NCBI GenBank assembly: GCA_026025795.1
Contig: JAPEUG010000039.1
Coordinates: 1-64,000, forward strand
DNA length: 64,000 nucleotides
Direction: 5' to 3'
Origin: Thelocarpon superellum
Lineage: Eukaryota
Each line of letters begins with the position of its first letter. The stretch's first letter is position 1. Below the pieces are notes generated by a model that was given only the letters and a program-made list of their open reading frames with translations, searched no databases and had not been told where the DNA came from. Below, one piece after another: positions 11,587 through 22,638 of this stretch. A program made the translations under genes and the position numbers.

Positions 11587-11868
11587 TGTATCTTCTTCGC
11601 GCTGCCGTCTTCCTATTCTTCTCTCCCATCCTTGACACCCAGGGAGTGCGTGGATGAACTGTGGTAACGGTGCGTGGTGCTGACTCTTCCATAGGGCAGT
11701 GACGTTCTTTGTGGAACTTTCCTCGCTAGCATAGATCATACCTCCATGTTCTAAAAATTCTAGATAATGCCCGCTATGCTCGACGGTGATGACGATGCAA
11801 TGAAACCCAATGTGAACTCGCTCAAGACTCCTCTGGTCCAGTCCAGCCCTCGTAATTATGGCGTCTCC

Positions 11869-12954
11869 TCAGCGCCACCCTCCCACTCTTCCCTCGTCCC
11901 ATCTGTCCTTTCGCTCGCGCCTGAGATAATAGACGCGCCGCGCGTCACGGAACCGACGCACCCACTCCGCCACCTCGCGATCACGCGCCTGCCACGCCTC
12001 GCTGTGCTCTCCCCTCTCACTCATGCCCATACCAGTCCCAGCGCTTCCATGTGGCGCCGAGCCCAGGCCCACGCCGACGCCCGCACGGGCCCCGCCGCCT
12101 TCGAGAAAACTCTCCTCGAGCGCATGACACAGGCTCTCTTGCTCCGCCACGGCCTGCGCCAGGTTCTGATACAGCGCCTGCGGCGAGAAAGGCGCCAGGG
12201 CTTTATCCATCTCGGCTTGCTTATTGCGCCATGCTTGGGCCAGGGCGTGCGACTGCAGCAGATGCGTGGACGTCGTCGCGCGCGAGCGCTCCAGACCGTC
12301 GTGCACCGGCGGAAGGTGCGCGCCGAGCGCGGCGTTGACCGCCAGAGCCGACGCCAGGTTGGTGCTTGTGGTCGTCGTGTGGGATGCGGGGACCGCAGAG
12401 GGCGCGGTGGAAAGCGCCTGGAGGAGCGAGGGGGTGGAGAGGGCGTCGGCCAGATCGGCTTTGCTGTTGAGAGATGGAGTTGTTAGTACTGGCGATGCAT
12501 GAAGCGGAGGTCGGGCAAGAACGAACGATTTGGACTGCAGGATTTGGGGCAGGTAGCTGGGTCCGGGGTCCGGGGTTGACGCGGGGTGGGTGGAGCCCGT
12601 GGCCGCGTCAGGTCCTGGGGGCGCCCCGAGCTGCCCGGGGGGATTGCCGGAAGAGTGAAATGGTGGGTCTGGCCATGACTGGGGTGTTCCCGGTGCCCCG
12701 TCCGCCGAGGTCGAGGTCACGGGAAGGGGAGAGAGAGAGGACGAGGCAGGGTGAGGAGGCGGGGGCGGCGGTGGAGGGCCGGTCTGGGGGCTCTGGATGC
12801 GGCTGGTGTCCTGGCTCGAGGTTTTGGGGGGGGGAGGTGGTGGGGCGGGAGCCGGGGAGCCATAGGGTGAAGTGGACGGATTCGCCCGGAGGTGTGTGCT
12901 GTTGCGAGGACTGTAGAGAGCTGGCACTGGTGAGATGGGCGGTTGGGAAGTCAT
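11869..12954 (-). CDS. VPS37: ESCRT-I subunit Vps37-like (Mod(r) domain); 63-nt intron 12464-12526
   Basis: Pro-rich N-terminus. The C-terminal LAPFSPQALYQNL...EQESLCHALEESFLE...WVRRFRDARRVYYLRRER is typical of fungal Vps37_C. Confidence 0.8.
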   Translation of the reverse strand: MTSQPPISPVPALYSPRNSTHLRANPSTSPYGSPAPAPPPPPPKTSSQDTSRIQSPQTGPPPPPPPPHPASSSLSPLPVTSTSADGAPGTPQSWPDPPFHSSGNPPGQLGAPPGPDAATGSTHPASTPDPGPSYLPQILQSKSFVLARPPLHASPVLTTPSLNSKADLADALSTPSLLQALSTAPSAVPASHTTTTSTNLASALAVNAALGAHLPPVHDGLERSRATTSTHLLQSHALAQAWRNKQAEMDKALAPFSPQALYQNLAQAVAEQESLCHALEESFLEGGGARAGVGVGLGSAPHGSAGTGMGMSERGEHSEAWQARDREVAEWVRRFRDARRVYYLRRERKDRWDEGRVGGWR

Positions 12955-13574
12955 ATCGCAGCTGTCTGATCGCTGTCCCAGTGGTCCAGGCTGGAGCGGC
13001 ATTGCCAGGGAGCGACCCTTGATGGCTCTCGCTGTGCGTACGCAAGCCGGGAGCTTCTTCGTTGCGATCCGGGTATGAAGTACTGTGGAGGCTCCATACG
13101 GGAGCTTGAGGCTCCTGAGTAAGCTGCCTCACATGACCCACAATAGCTGTATTTTAGAACAACAGATAGCTTCTGTAGAATAAACCACCCATCTCCAGTG
13201 GAATAACCGGGGTGCGTCAGTACGAAGTAACTACGAGTAAAGTTGCTCCCGCAGTCCGGTACAGGTACGGGCTAGATAGCGAAGCTACCTAGCATCCAAA
13301 CTCGTGTGGAGAACCCTGGTGGAGAACTCCGGTGAACTCCCAACGAAAAGTACAAAGTACCGTCCCGCACTCTCGTTTAGTCCCCATCTTGCACAAGTAT
13401 TGATGAGGATTTGATCGATACCAATTGCACTTCGTCGTCTCTGTCATACTAACAAGTGTGAGATAACGTACACTAGAACGCTCAAGATCCTTTGAGGGTA
13501 AAATTCAGCATCACATCTGGGCCTTGTCAAATCCCCATTACTGCATCGCACTCGTCAATCTCTCCCCATCATGG

Positions 13575-15389
13575 TTAATTGTAAGCAACCGCGGCCGATT
13601 GCCAGGTGGGGTTGCGAAACTCCACGTTCGGAGAAGAGATGCTAAGTCGCTTTGAAGCCACTCGAGCCACGACCTCCCTCTTGACGGTTTTGAAAGCCTG
13701 ATCGAACTCCTCTTGCTCGTGGGCACCCTGCGCGAACGCCGGGTGGTTCGGGAAGAGCGCGAGGCCGGGGTAAAGGACGGTGGGCTCGTTTTGCCCCTCA
13801 AAGTCGCCGATGACTCGAGGGAAGAGGCAGACGGATGGCATGTCAGTGTCGCGGGATGACCGTGTCGCGTCGGTCGTGCCCAGGTTGGCCTCAATCTCAG
13901 GTTCGTAGTAGAGCCTCCACCCTGGGTTCTGCGGATGAGGGTCGATGCTTATTCGGCAGCTGTCCGTGCGAAGCATCCGCCACACATGGAGGGCTTGTCG
14001 GGTCACCTGGAAGAGGTCTTCCTTGAGTCTTGGTAGCTCCGACGGCGTGACTAGCGGGGCGAGCTTGGCCACTATGTTTTCCACGGCCAACGTCTCCGCA
14101 TTGATCTCACCGCTAGGCTCCGAGCTCGACAGCCCTTGGAGCGTCAGTGACCTCCAGATGCTCTCGCTCCGTCTGCTAGACGTGGAAAGGCGCTCCGAGA
14201 TGTCGTTCAACATCTGTCCGTCGCCTTTCGAGTTGGCGTTGTTGGCGAAAAAGGGTTGCCCGATGAGCCCGCGGATCTCAGTCGAGATGACCTGCTGAAC
14301 ATTCGCGAGCCGCAAGAACTGTGCCGCGGGTGAGTCAGAGATGGGCGTCGAGACGAAGGCCGCCTTCGATCCGCCGAGTCTCTTTTGCGTCTCCTCCGGG
14401 TCCTGCATCGCAATCATTCGTCAGTCGGGAGGGGCAGCCCTTGCAACTCCTAAGTCTACTGACATGCTTGGCCTCTTCGGGCAGGGCCCTGAAGTATTTC
14501 AGGGCGGTCATGTGGATCGAGCGAGCGACTTGAGCCAACTGGTCGGTGCTAGAAAGGACTCTGAGCTCGCCCATGTCGACGCGCATCAGCGGGGCCCAGA
14601 AGTCACTCACTATGTGTCCGGAGACTGGGGGTCTATGGCAAACTCGGCCTCGGCCTTTAGCTGCTCCACCTCCTGTTCGAGCACCTTCTGGGCACGCTCA
14701 TGGTCCCTCCGTTGCAGGCCATGAGTTTCTTCGGCCGCCGCTAACTCTCGTCGGAGCTGTTCCACCGTCTCTGAGAGCGTGGCTGTTTGGAATTTCAATT
14801 CTCCAATCTCTTTCCCCTTCTTCGTCTCGAGCTCGGCGTGGCTCGTCTTCATCCGCTCTTCCAACCTGGCCCTCTCGTCCTTGAGGCGCTTATTGAGCTC
14901 GTCCTTCATCTGTTGAATCTTCTCGTCCCTGGCCTGGTCTGCGGCGGTGGCCTGGTCGCGCAAGGCGATCTTGGCCGCCTCGGAATGCTTTATCGCCTTT
15001 TCCGCCTCGTCCTGCCGGGCTGCAAGCTTTTCGTTCCTGCGTCGCAGATTCTCGGTCTCTTCGCTCTTGGTATGAGCGAGGCTGTCCAACGCCACCTTCA
15101 GATCATGAATCTTCTTCTCTTGACGCAGTTCGAGTTGACGCGTCTTCTCGACCTGGCGGAGGTCATGGAGAGCGGCCGGGGAACCTAAGTAGCTGGCAAG
15201 ATGAGCGACGCGTCCGATCGCCTCGCTGTAGGAAGCAAGTTTCAACTCGGATCTTTGCGCGCTGTCTCCTGCGGAAGCAACGTTGTCGACATCGCTGCCG
15301 GATGTAGCGTCTGGCTGCCGCTTGCGGTTGCCCAAACGCTCGTTCCGAGAGGATTTGGCGCCATTGACTTGGTCGGAAGGCTGAGGCAT
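13575..15389 (-). CDS. Hypothetical coiled-coil protein; exons 15389-14611, 14548-14464, 14402-13575
   Basis: Two long ORFs join in frame through a short middle exon and GT-AG introns of 62 and 61 nt. There is a long E/K/R/L-rich heptad region and a C-terminal VCLFPRV...VLYPGLALF motif. Confidence 0.75.
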
Positions 15390-17067
15390 GGTACGAATGT
15401 CCTAGGCCAGGTCCAGTCAGCAGGCTCGGGGGGATGCTCTTCATGGAACGCAGGTTCACCGGATGTTTCGGACGTCGGAGGGACAGGCAACGAACGACGT
15501 TGGTCACGACTGATTGAGACTTGGAGACGTTGGGATTTTTGGGGACACGAAAGGTATGGTTGGGGAGTTGGCGGCCCATTTAGTACTCTCCTGCCTGAAG
15601 ATACCAGTGGGGAGGCCCTTCGCTCCCGAGGTGTCTTATACAACGGGACATGCATCCTTTGGGACCACTCTGATTCGACATGATTGCTTTTTCTCATCCT
15701 AGGTACACTAAATGCGGCAAGTCTGAGCTGTTCACGCAGCCAATGCTCTGATGGAAGATGCAAGTCAATGCATGCATGACTTGAACGAGGCTGAGGCTGC
15801 CACATGAATCTGAGGCCACTGGTGCTCAGCGACGTGGCAGAGGTGCCCGGATGACCGATGGCCCCACCGATGGGCATGGTCACCGCTATCCATTGCATGT
15901 CGCCGAGATACGGTGGGGAAGCGCGATAGGGAGACGAGCGTGCCAGTGCCAATCCTCCTCTATCCATCGCGTAAACGGGAAACGGGCGTGTCCGCGAATG
16001 ATGTGATTGGACGTGAGCGAGGCGGGGATAGGGCGGATAGGGCGTGACACGGACTCGGCCCCTCTGCTCCGGTACTCGCTGGTGTGCGCGTCGCCTGTCT
16101 CCTCCCCTGCTCGTGTGCTCTCAACTATCCTATGGGCGAGCTGCTCCTCTCCTCGTACCTCTGCCGACCTAGGCAGAGAAGCACCGCCGAGGAGGGATGG
16201 TCGTCCGGTACCACGAGCGGTCCGTGCAAGAAGCCGAGGCGCGACTGCAGGCAATCCACGCGGGGTCCCTACGGATGATGTGCAGCAACGACCTTGTCCT
16301 CCTGCCCGTCCTCGCCGTCGACGGGCGCCGCTGACCACCTACTAGGCGACGGGTGCCAGCACATCTAGCAAGACCGACACCGTTGCGGGGCGGAGAAGGA
16401 CTCTGCCTAGCGACGTCGTCCCTCGTCCGCTCGTGCGAGTCTTTCCGGGGATCCTGGCCGCAGTGACGCAGGTTCTAAGAAAAGCTTCATGCCATGGAGC
16501 ACGGATGGAGAGGGACATGCCAAGACGGGTGCAGCATTGGGCTATTTCGAAGCGCATGGTAAGAGGCACAACGTTCGGCGAAGAGATGCCGACGAATATC
16601 GGCAGGGATGCAGTGCGTGGCCTCGCCGAGTCGCCTCGACCCACATCAGGAAGAAGCCGGGCGCGGGGCTCACGACCCCAGACGGATGGGGAACTACGGG
16701 GACGCCGCAAGTCGTAAGCCTGCGACTTGGATCTGCTTGTCCCAATCCGGCATGGACGTCCTCGTCCGACTCGTCCGAGTTGCTGGGGCGGGAGGAGGAA
16801 ACGTTGACGGTGGGGACGGCACGGTAGTTGCGCGTCACCAAGTTTCGAGGATCTCACACCTCCGGGGACCTCCACAGTCGCGGGAGCCAAGGAGAGCTTG
16901 GGCAGGCGAGGAATCATGCAACGGCCGTCACGGCCGTCACCTGCATTTTTGGGGGGGACCTCGTCACGCAGTCGGTCCGGTCGCGAGGACTGGCCCCCTG
17001 ATCTCCCGGCCCTCGTTTCGATGCCCCGTAGCGATGCCTCGGGGGGCCCCTGCGCGCACCAGCCCGG

Positions 17068-17240
17068 ACAACTACTACTAAGTAGTACTGCTACTTCGTA
17101 ACTGCTTACTGCACTTACTACTACTTACTGCTACTACTACTGCTACTACTCATACTACTTACTGCTACTACTACTGCTACTACTACTGCTACTACTAATA
17201 CTATTACTCCTAGTAGTAGTAGCAGCAGCAAGTAGCAGTT
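17068..17240. repeat. Degenerate (CTA/CTG)n trinucleotide tract followed by a complementary (TAG/CAG)n arm
   Basis: Directly visible: ctactactactgctactac...tagtagtagtagcagcagc. Confidence 0.9.
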
Positions 17241-17793
17241 GCCCAGTCACGCAGTTACGAAGTACGGGAGGTACGACGCTCTTCGTACAATTGCACCCTC
17301 GGCTGTTGGCGGCTTGGCACGCTACACATGGCCACGCGAGCACGCTAGTGGCCCGTGCACTATGGCCATCGTCCATTCCGTGCCCCGTGCTTGGCCCCCG
17401 TACCCGGGACGAAGGCCAAAGAGGCAGGCGGCGCTGCCCATCATTGGGTCGCCATCCAGGGGTTGTGCAGGGCCAGCGCCGGGCCATGTGCGTGCGATCG
17501 ACAACCGCTCATCCTGATCCCCCGATGCGATCGGGACTGTGCCGCCGTTCGGCGCCGGTCGGTACCAATATGTTTCGTCTGCTCCTCGGCCCCCCACCAC
17601 CCCTGCCCATCAGCACCACCTCCACACCGCTAGCTCTGGCCAGTCCGTCCAGCCTGCGAGGGCATGGCCGCGCCCGTCCCCTCGTTTTCCTCCATATCAT
17701 CCGTCGTCGCCGTTGTCGTGGGCGGGGTGGTGTTCGTCTCCCCATCTCTGTCGCTCGCGCGCACGTCCAAGCCAGCAGTTGCGGCGCTCCACG

Positions 17794-19845
17794 ATGGATG
17801 TGTCCAGCGTCGTCGGCTCCGGCTCGACCGCGGCCCTGGACGACCAGCTCCTCCACCTGCATGACAGCCGGCAGGCCACCCTGCTGGCCGCCCTCATCTT
17901 CGTCACCGTCCTGTCCAGCGTCGCCGTGGGGCTGCGTCTGTTGGCCCGGCGCATCGCCCATGTCGGATTGAGCTATGACGACTGGACCATCTTAGTGGCC
18001 CAGGTGCGCACCCTGCCACGCATGCGCCGCCTTTCCCCACTGACCCGGCACAGGTATTCGCGTATGGCTCCTTGGCCGCATGTGTCACCGGTGGGTCTTG
18101 TGCGATGGATGAGAGACGATGGACGGCCGACTGACGGCCGCAGCGATGCACTACGGGCTCGGGCTACATACGTTGGCCATCAACATCGCGAACATTGAGA
18201 AGCTCGAGCAGGTCGGTGTTGGTGAGCGATGGGAGTGCGGATGGACGTGCGGCTGACGGGGCCCAGCTCCACTACGCCATCAATCTCCTCTACAGTTTCG
18301 GACTCCTTCCCACCAAGATCGCCATCTTACTCTTCTATCGTCGCATCTTTCCCACGCCCGGATTCCTGCGGATGTGTAATCTGTATCTGGTCTTTTGGAC
18401 CATCGTCTGGACGAGCAATTTCCTTCCCGTGCTGCTCATCTGCCGTCCCGTCAGCTACTACTGGGACAAATCGGGGTCAGGCTCGTGTTTCGACGAGTAT
18501 CGCTTCCTCATGGCATCGGGAGCGATCACCATCTTCACCGACATCCTCCTCTTGGTCATGCCCATCCGCATGGTCTGGAGATTGCAGATCTCGAACAAGC
18601 AACGCTCGGCGCTATGTTGCATCTTCTTGCTCGGTGGCTTGTAGGCCTCGCCCAGCTCCGTGGGTTGCGACAGCGCTAACGAGCACCAGCGTCTGCGTCG
18701 CCAGCACCCTCCGACTCCCATATCTGTACCTCCTCTTCACCGATGATCCGACCTGTGAGTCTGCCCTGGCGCCGCCCTCCCTGCATGCTCGGACTAACCC
18801 GCGCCACCCAGGGGATTCGTACGAGCCGACGGTCTGGACGGAGGTGGAGTTGAATCTTGGCATCGTCTGCGCCTGTCTTCCCACCTTGCGTCCAGTCGCG
18901 CGCAAGATCGGCGGCTTCTCCATCCTCAGCACGTTCTTCAGCACCGGCACCGGGGACTCAGGCCGCACCCCTCCGCGACCGAGCTTTGTCCGCTCATGGG
19001 ATGGAAGCAACAAACCATCATGGCTCAGTCATCGATCGACGACGCTGGCGTCGGCGACCTACGGCAATCTGGATCACAATGACAAGGGAGCGTTTCAACA
19101 CATCGACCCATCCGCCTCCCACACCCCCTTTTCCAAGGATGCTCCGGCGATGGATACGGGGGTTGCGACCTCACGGAGCCAGGATGCATCGTATCCATCC
19201 AAGGAAGCGTTGTTGCACTCGCCCACGTCGACCGTCATGTCATCACCAAGTTCCCAGAAGACTCCCAGCAAGAGCGACTCCCCCCACGACCCTCCATCGT
19301 CTAACGGCGAAGTCGTCATCTCCATCTCACCTCCCCGCTCCCAACCCTCACTCCACGCGCGCCCGGCGTCACGCTCACGGCCGCCATCGCACACGGGCCA
19401 GACGCCACTCACGGCGCACCCGGGACGGATCTCACTGCCACTCTCCCAACACCCGCCAACGCCACCGCCTCCAGTCCGCACAGCCACCTCACCCGCCGCC
19501 GCCGCCCCCACCACCACTACCACCATAACCGACCTCACCGCCGCCCCGCCCGCACAAACACCCACCCCGCAACGCTCGCCACTCCGCACGCCCCTCGCGC
19601 CGCGCAACGAACTGGACGTCGAAGCCGTGACCAGCGTCGGGCGACCCGTGACGTTCGGACCACCGCGATCCGTCGGGGGCCGGACGATGGGCAAGTCGCG
19701 CGCGCTGCGGCTGCAAGACGTCGGCAGCCTGGTGGGCGAGGACGACGACGACTTTCGCACCGACGACGACTTTGACGATCCGTGGAACCGCATCGATATC
19801 CATTCGGGCATTGCTGGGGCCGGGCTGGGCGAGGGCAAATATTGA
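17794..19845 (+). CDS. PTH11-like integral membrane protein (fungal rhodopsin domain, no CFEM); 6 exons
   Basis: Motifs VGLRLLARRI..LSYDDWTIL, GLG.H, TKIAILLFYRRIF, ICRPVSYYWD, DILLLVMPI..VWRLQIS, WTEVELNLGIVCACLPTLRP. Introns 18004-18053, 18091-18143, 18212-18266, 18641-18689, 18755-18811. Confidence 0.9.
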
Positions 19846-20424
19846 TCATGACACCCAAGGCCGAGGATTACGCTAGAAACGGAGAGCGGGGTGGAAGGAG
19901 AAGTGGAAGCGGAAGTGGGGGTTCAAAGTACCTACGTGAGTGGATGGACTGTACATAGCCACCTCGTGTGCATACCCGCCGGCATATATCCTATCTTTTT
20001 GCTTTCTCGGATGGCTGGGGTTCGCAAGGGCGGCATTGCAAGGCGGGGCAGGGGTGGCATTACTTACTTGTTTGATCTTGTTCGGTTCCATTCTTTCTGG
20101 CGAGGGATACCCGCTGCTTATGCTCCAGCTCATGCTTCGCATACCGTCTTCCGGCCGGACATGCATGCTTCGTCCATTAACTACTTGCATACATACATGC
20201 CCGACACCATTGTATATTGACGAGGAATGAAGATGGAACGGAAGGGAGCAAGGATATCGCTCATTCAATAATGCTTCGGCTGCTGATGTCATACTAGTGC
20301 TAGCGAGGTCGATGATATGCCAATGAACCAAAGGGGGAAAAGAAATAGATGATAGAGAGCGTGTTTGTTGTGGTCACCATATCCTACTTCGCCTCCCCCT
20401 CCCCCATTCCTTTCCCTCCCGCTC

Positions 20425-21935
20425 CTAGTACCCTCCCCCTCCCGCATCACACTGGCTCAAGAATCGATGGATACCCTGCAACCCCTCATATTCGCGCGGC
20501 GTATGAGCCGCAGCAAAGTAGCGCGCCCCGCTCTCCTCCTCCCCCCCGTCTCCGTCCCATTCTCCCTCATCCGCTTCCTCCATCTCGCTGTACGAGAGGT
20601 GCGAGGTTTTGGACGAACGCAGGGGCGAAGACAGACGCCGAGAGGATGCCAGGCCGACGGCCGACGCGCGCGGGCCTTCACCGAGATCCGCAAAGTCGTC
20701 ACCCGTGTCGGACTCGTCAGAATAGAAGGCGGGCGAGTTCGGCGACGCGCTGGGCGACATCATCGTCTGCCAGTCGACGGGGTCGCGATGAGGAGGTAGT
20801 CTAGATGGCAGGTCGCGGGATGCGACCGACGTAGACGTGCTGGGCGCAAAGGGAAAGAGCAGCGCCAATTCCGCGCCCGTGGCGGCGTCAAAGTCTGCGT
20901 CTTCTTGCACCAGACCCCGCTGCACTCCGACCTCGTCGCAGAGCGTCTCGACCGTGTCGCCGTCACAGCCAGGAAAGTGCACGCGCACTGTCGACGGCTG
21001 GGGCATGCTCAGGTGCAGATCGCCGAGGGTTGAAAGCTTTCGCAGGTCCGCCAGAACCATGCCGAGGTCTTTCAGAGCGCGGGCAAAGTCGACGGAGAGG
21101 AGGTCCAGGAGACCGTCCGTGTGCAGGGATTCCTGGTCTCGGGTCGACGTGTTCGTGGTGGCGAAGCATGACAGATTGCTGAGGGGGCTGAGAGCAGTGA
21201 TGGTGGGGTTGACGTGAAAGTCCACCACGGAGCCCGGCGCCGTTCTCGGGAGAGATTGCATCTGGCGCCTGGTCTGCTCGCGGAGGGCACTGACGGCCCT
21301 GAAGCGGCTGGCGCCCGTAGAGGGGTCAGTGCCGTCAAACTGAGCCTTCTGGCCTGACAACCAAAAGGCACGCACGGCGGCCGACACGTTGTTGACCACC
21401 TCGGCCGGGGCAGCCGGCGTGTGCGAGAAGTGGCGTGCTCCGCCTAGCCGTCCAGTGCCCGCCGAGTATCCACCGGCGGTACGAGGCAGCGCGCCGCCAG
21501 TGAGGTTCGGACGGAGAGTCGAGGCGAACGGGGCGCGCGACGAGAGTCGATTGACGGCCGAGCCGATGCTTGACTTGGGGAACGAGGACCGGTCATACTT
21601 GGGGCCGTGAGTGGCCGACGACACGAAGCGTCGGAGCACGGCATTGACGGCACGGTGGGTTGTGTACCACCGTCCCTTGCTCTGGCGAAGGTAGGCCGCT
21701 GGATGGATGGGATGACGAGGGCCATGGCGGAGCAGGATCGGCTGTAGTTTGGATTCGAATGTGCGCGATGACGCCGGGAGCTTGGTACGGAGGAAATCCG
21801 CGGTTCGCCGGGTGGCGAATCTGCTGGTACCACACACTTGCATCAGCACGTTGGATTAAGTCTGGCCAAGATCGATACGTACCTCGCGAACCTCAAAGCC
21901 ATCGGCACCAGAAGGTGCCCGCCGGAGCTCGCCAT
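20425..21935 (-). CDS. Conserved filamentous-fungal protein of unknown function, possibly mitochondrial; intron 21821-21882
   Basis: Long ORF with FASTLRPNLTGG..RTAGGYS..RHFSHTPAAPA..NVSAAVRAFWLSG and VRVHFPGCD blocks. The N-terminus is basic, like a presequence. Confidence 0.75.
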
Positions 21936-22638
21936 GTTGAGCTGCTCCAACGCCGGTGGCAAAGGATGGACGATGCAACAGGAGTGGGGTGGAGAGATGG
22001 CGTCTGCCTGGGGGCTTCAAATCGACGGGGATTAGTCATGGCGGTGGATCTACGGAAGATGTGGTAAGCGAGGAAGACCGGATACACACCAATGACGGAA
22101 TTCTGGTGGAGTAGTGGGGGAGGTCCCCTCTGGCGCCGCCCGACGAGTACCTGCGACAGGTCCGACCCAGATGGTTCCGTCCAGCCAGAAACCCTCACCA
22201 GCGTACTGCCGGATGCTCTTACCGTCTGAGGCTCTGGCTACTCGTACCCTATTTCCGGAGCATCACATCGCTGAGTCTTTCGGCTGATTGCAAGGTCCCT
22301 GGTGCTCTTGTCTCCATCTAACATTACGAGCCCAAGTAGAGCTCCTGGAGATGCTATCTACTTTTCTCAAAATGTGGCTGGTTGCTAAGCAAACAGGTCC
22401 ATTGACGATGTCTGCAGGCGCCCCATGTTCAGAGTCCTCGTCCGTGCCGCCGCATAAGTGACCGTCGTCCGTCTTAAATCAGAGCTTGTCTGCTGGATAG
22501 TCTAGGGTCTACAGCTACCATGCTGGGCATGTTGGAGATCCCGTACTAAGTCGAGACCGATACACCTACTATAGACCTTTATATCTGCACGCCGACGCGT
22601 CGATGCTATTTCATCTCGTCTCCCTACCGGCGTCTCCA

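Larger units (their letters stand above)
10388..11694 (+). ncRNA. Non-coding polycistronic snoRNA host transcript (ends approximate)
   Basis: Donors at 10393, 10631/10636, 10838, 11237, 11438 and 11646. Branch points at 10567, 10813, 11054, 11275, 11364, 11632 and 11679, each with an acceptor. They bracket five C/D snoRNAs. There is no substantial spliced ORF. Confidence 0.85.
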
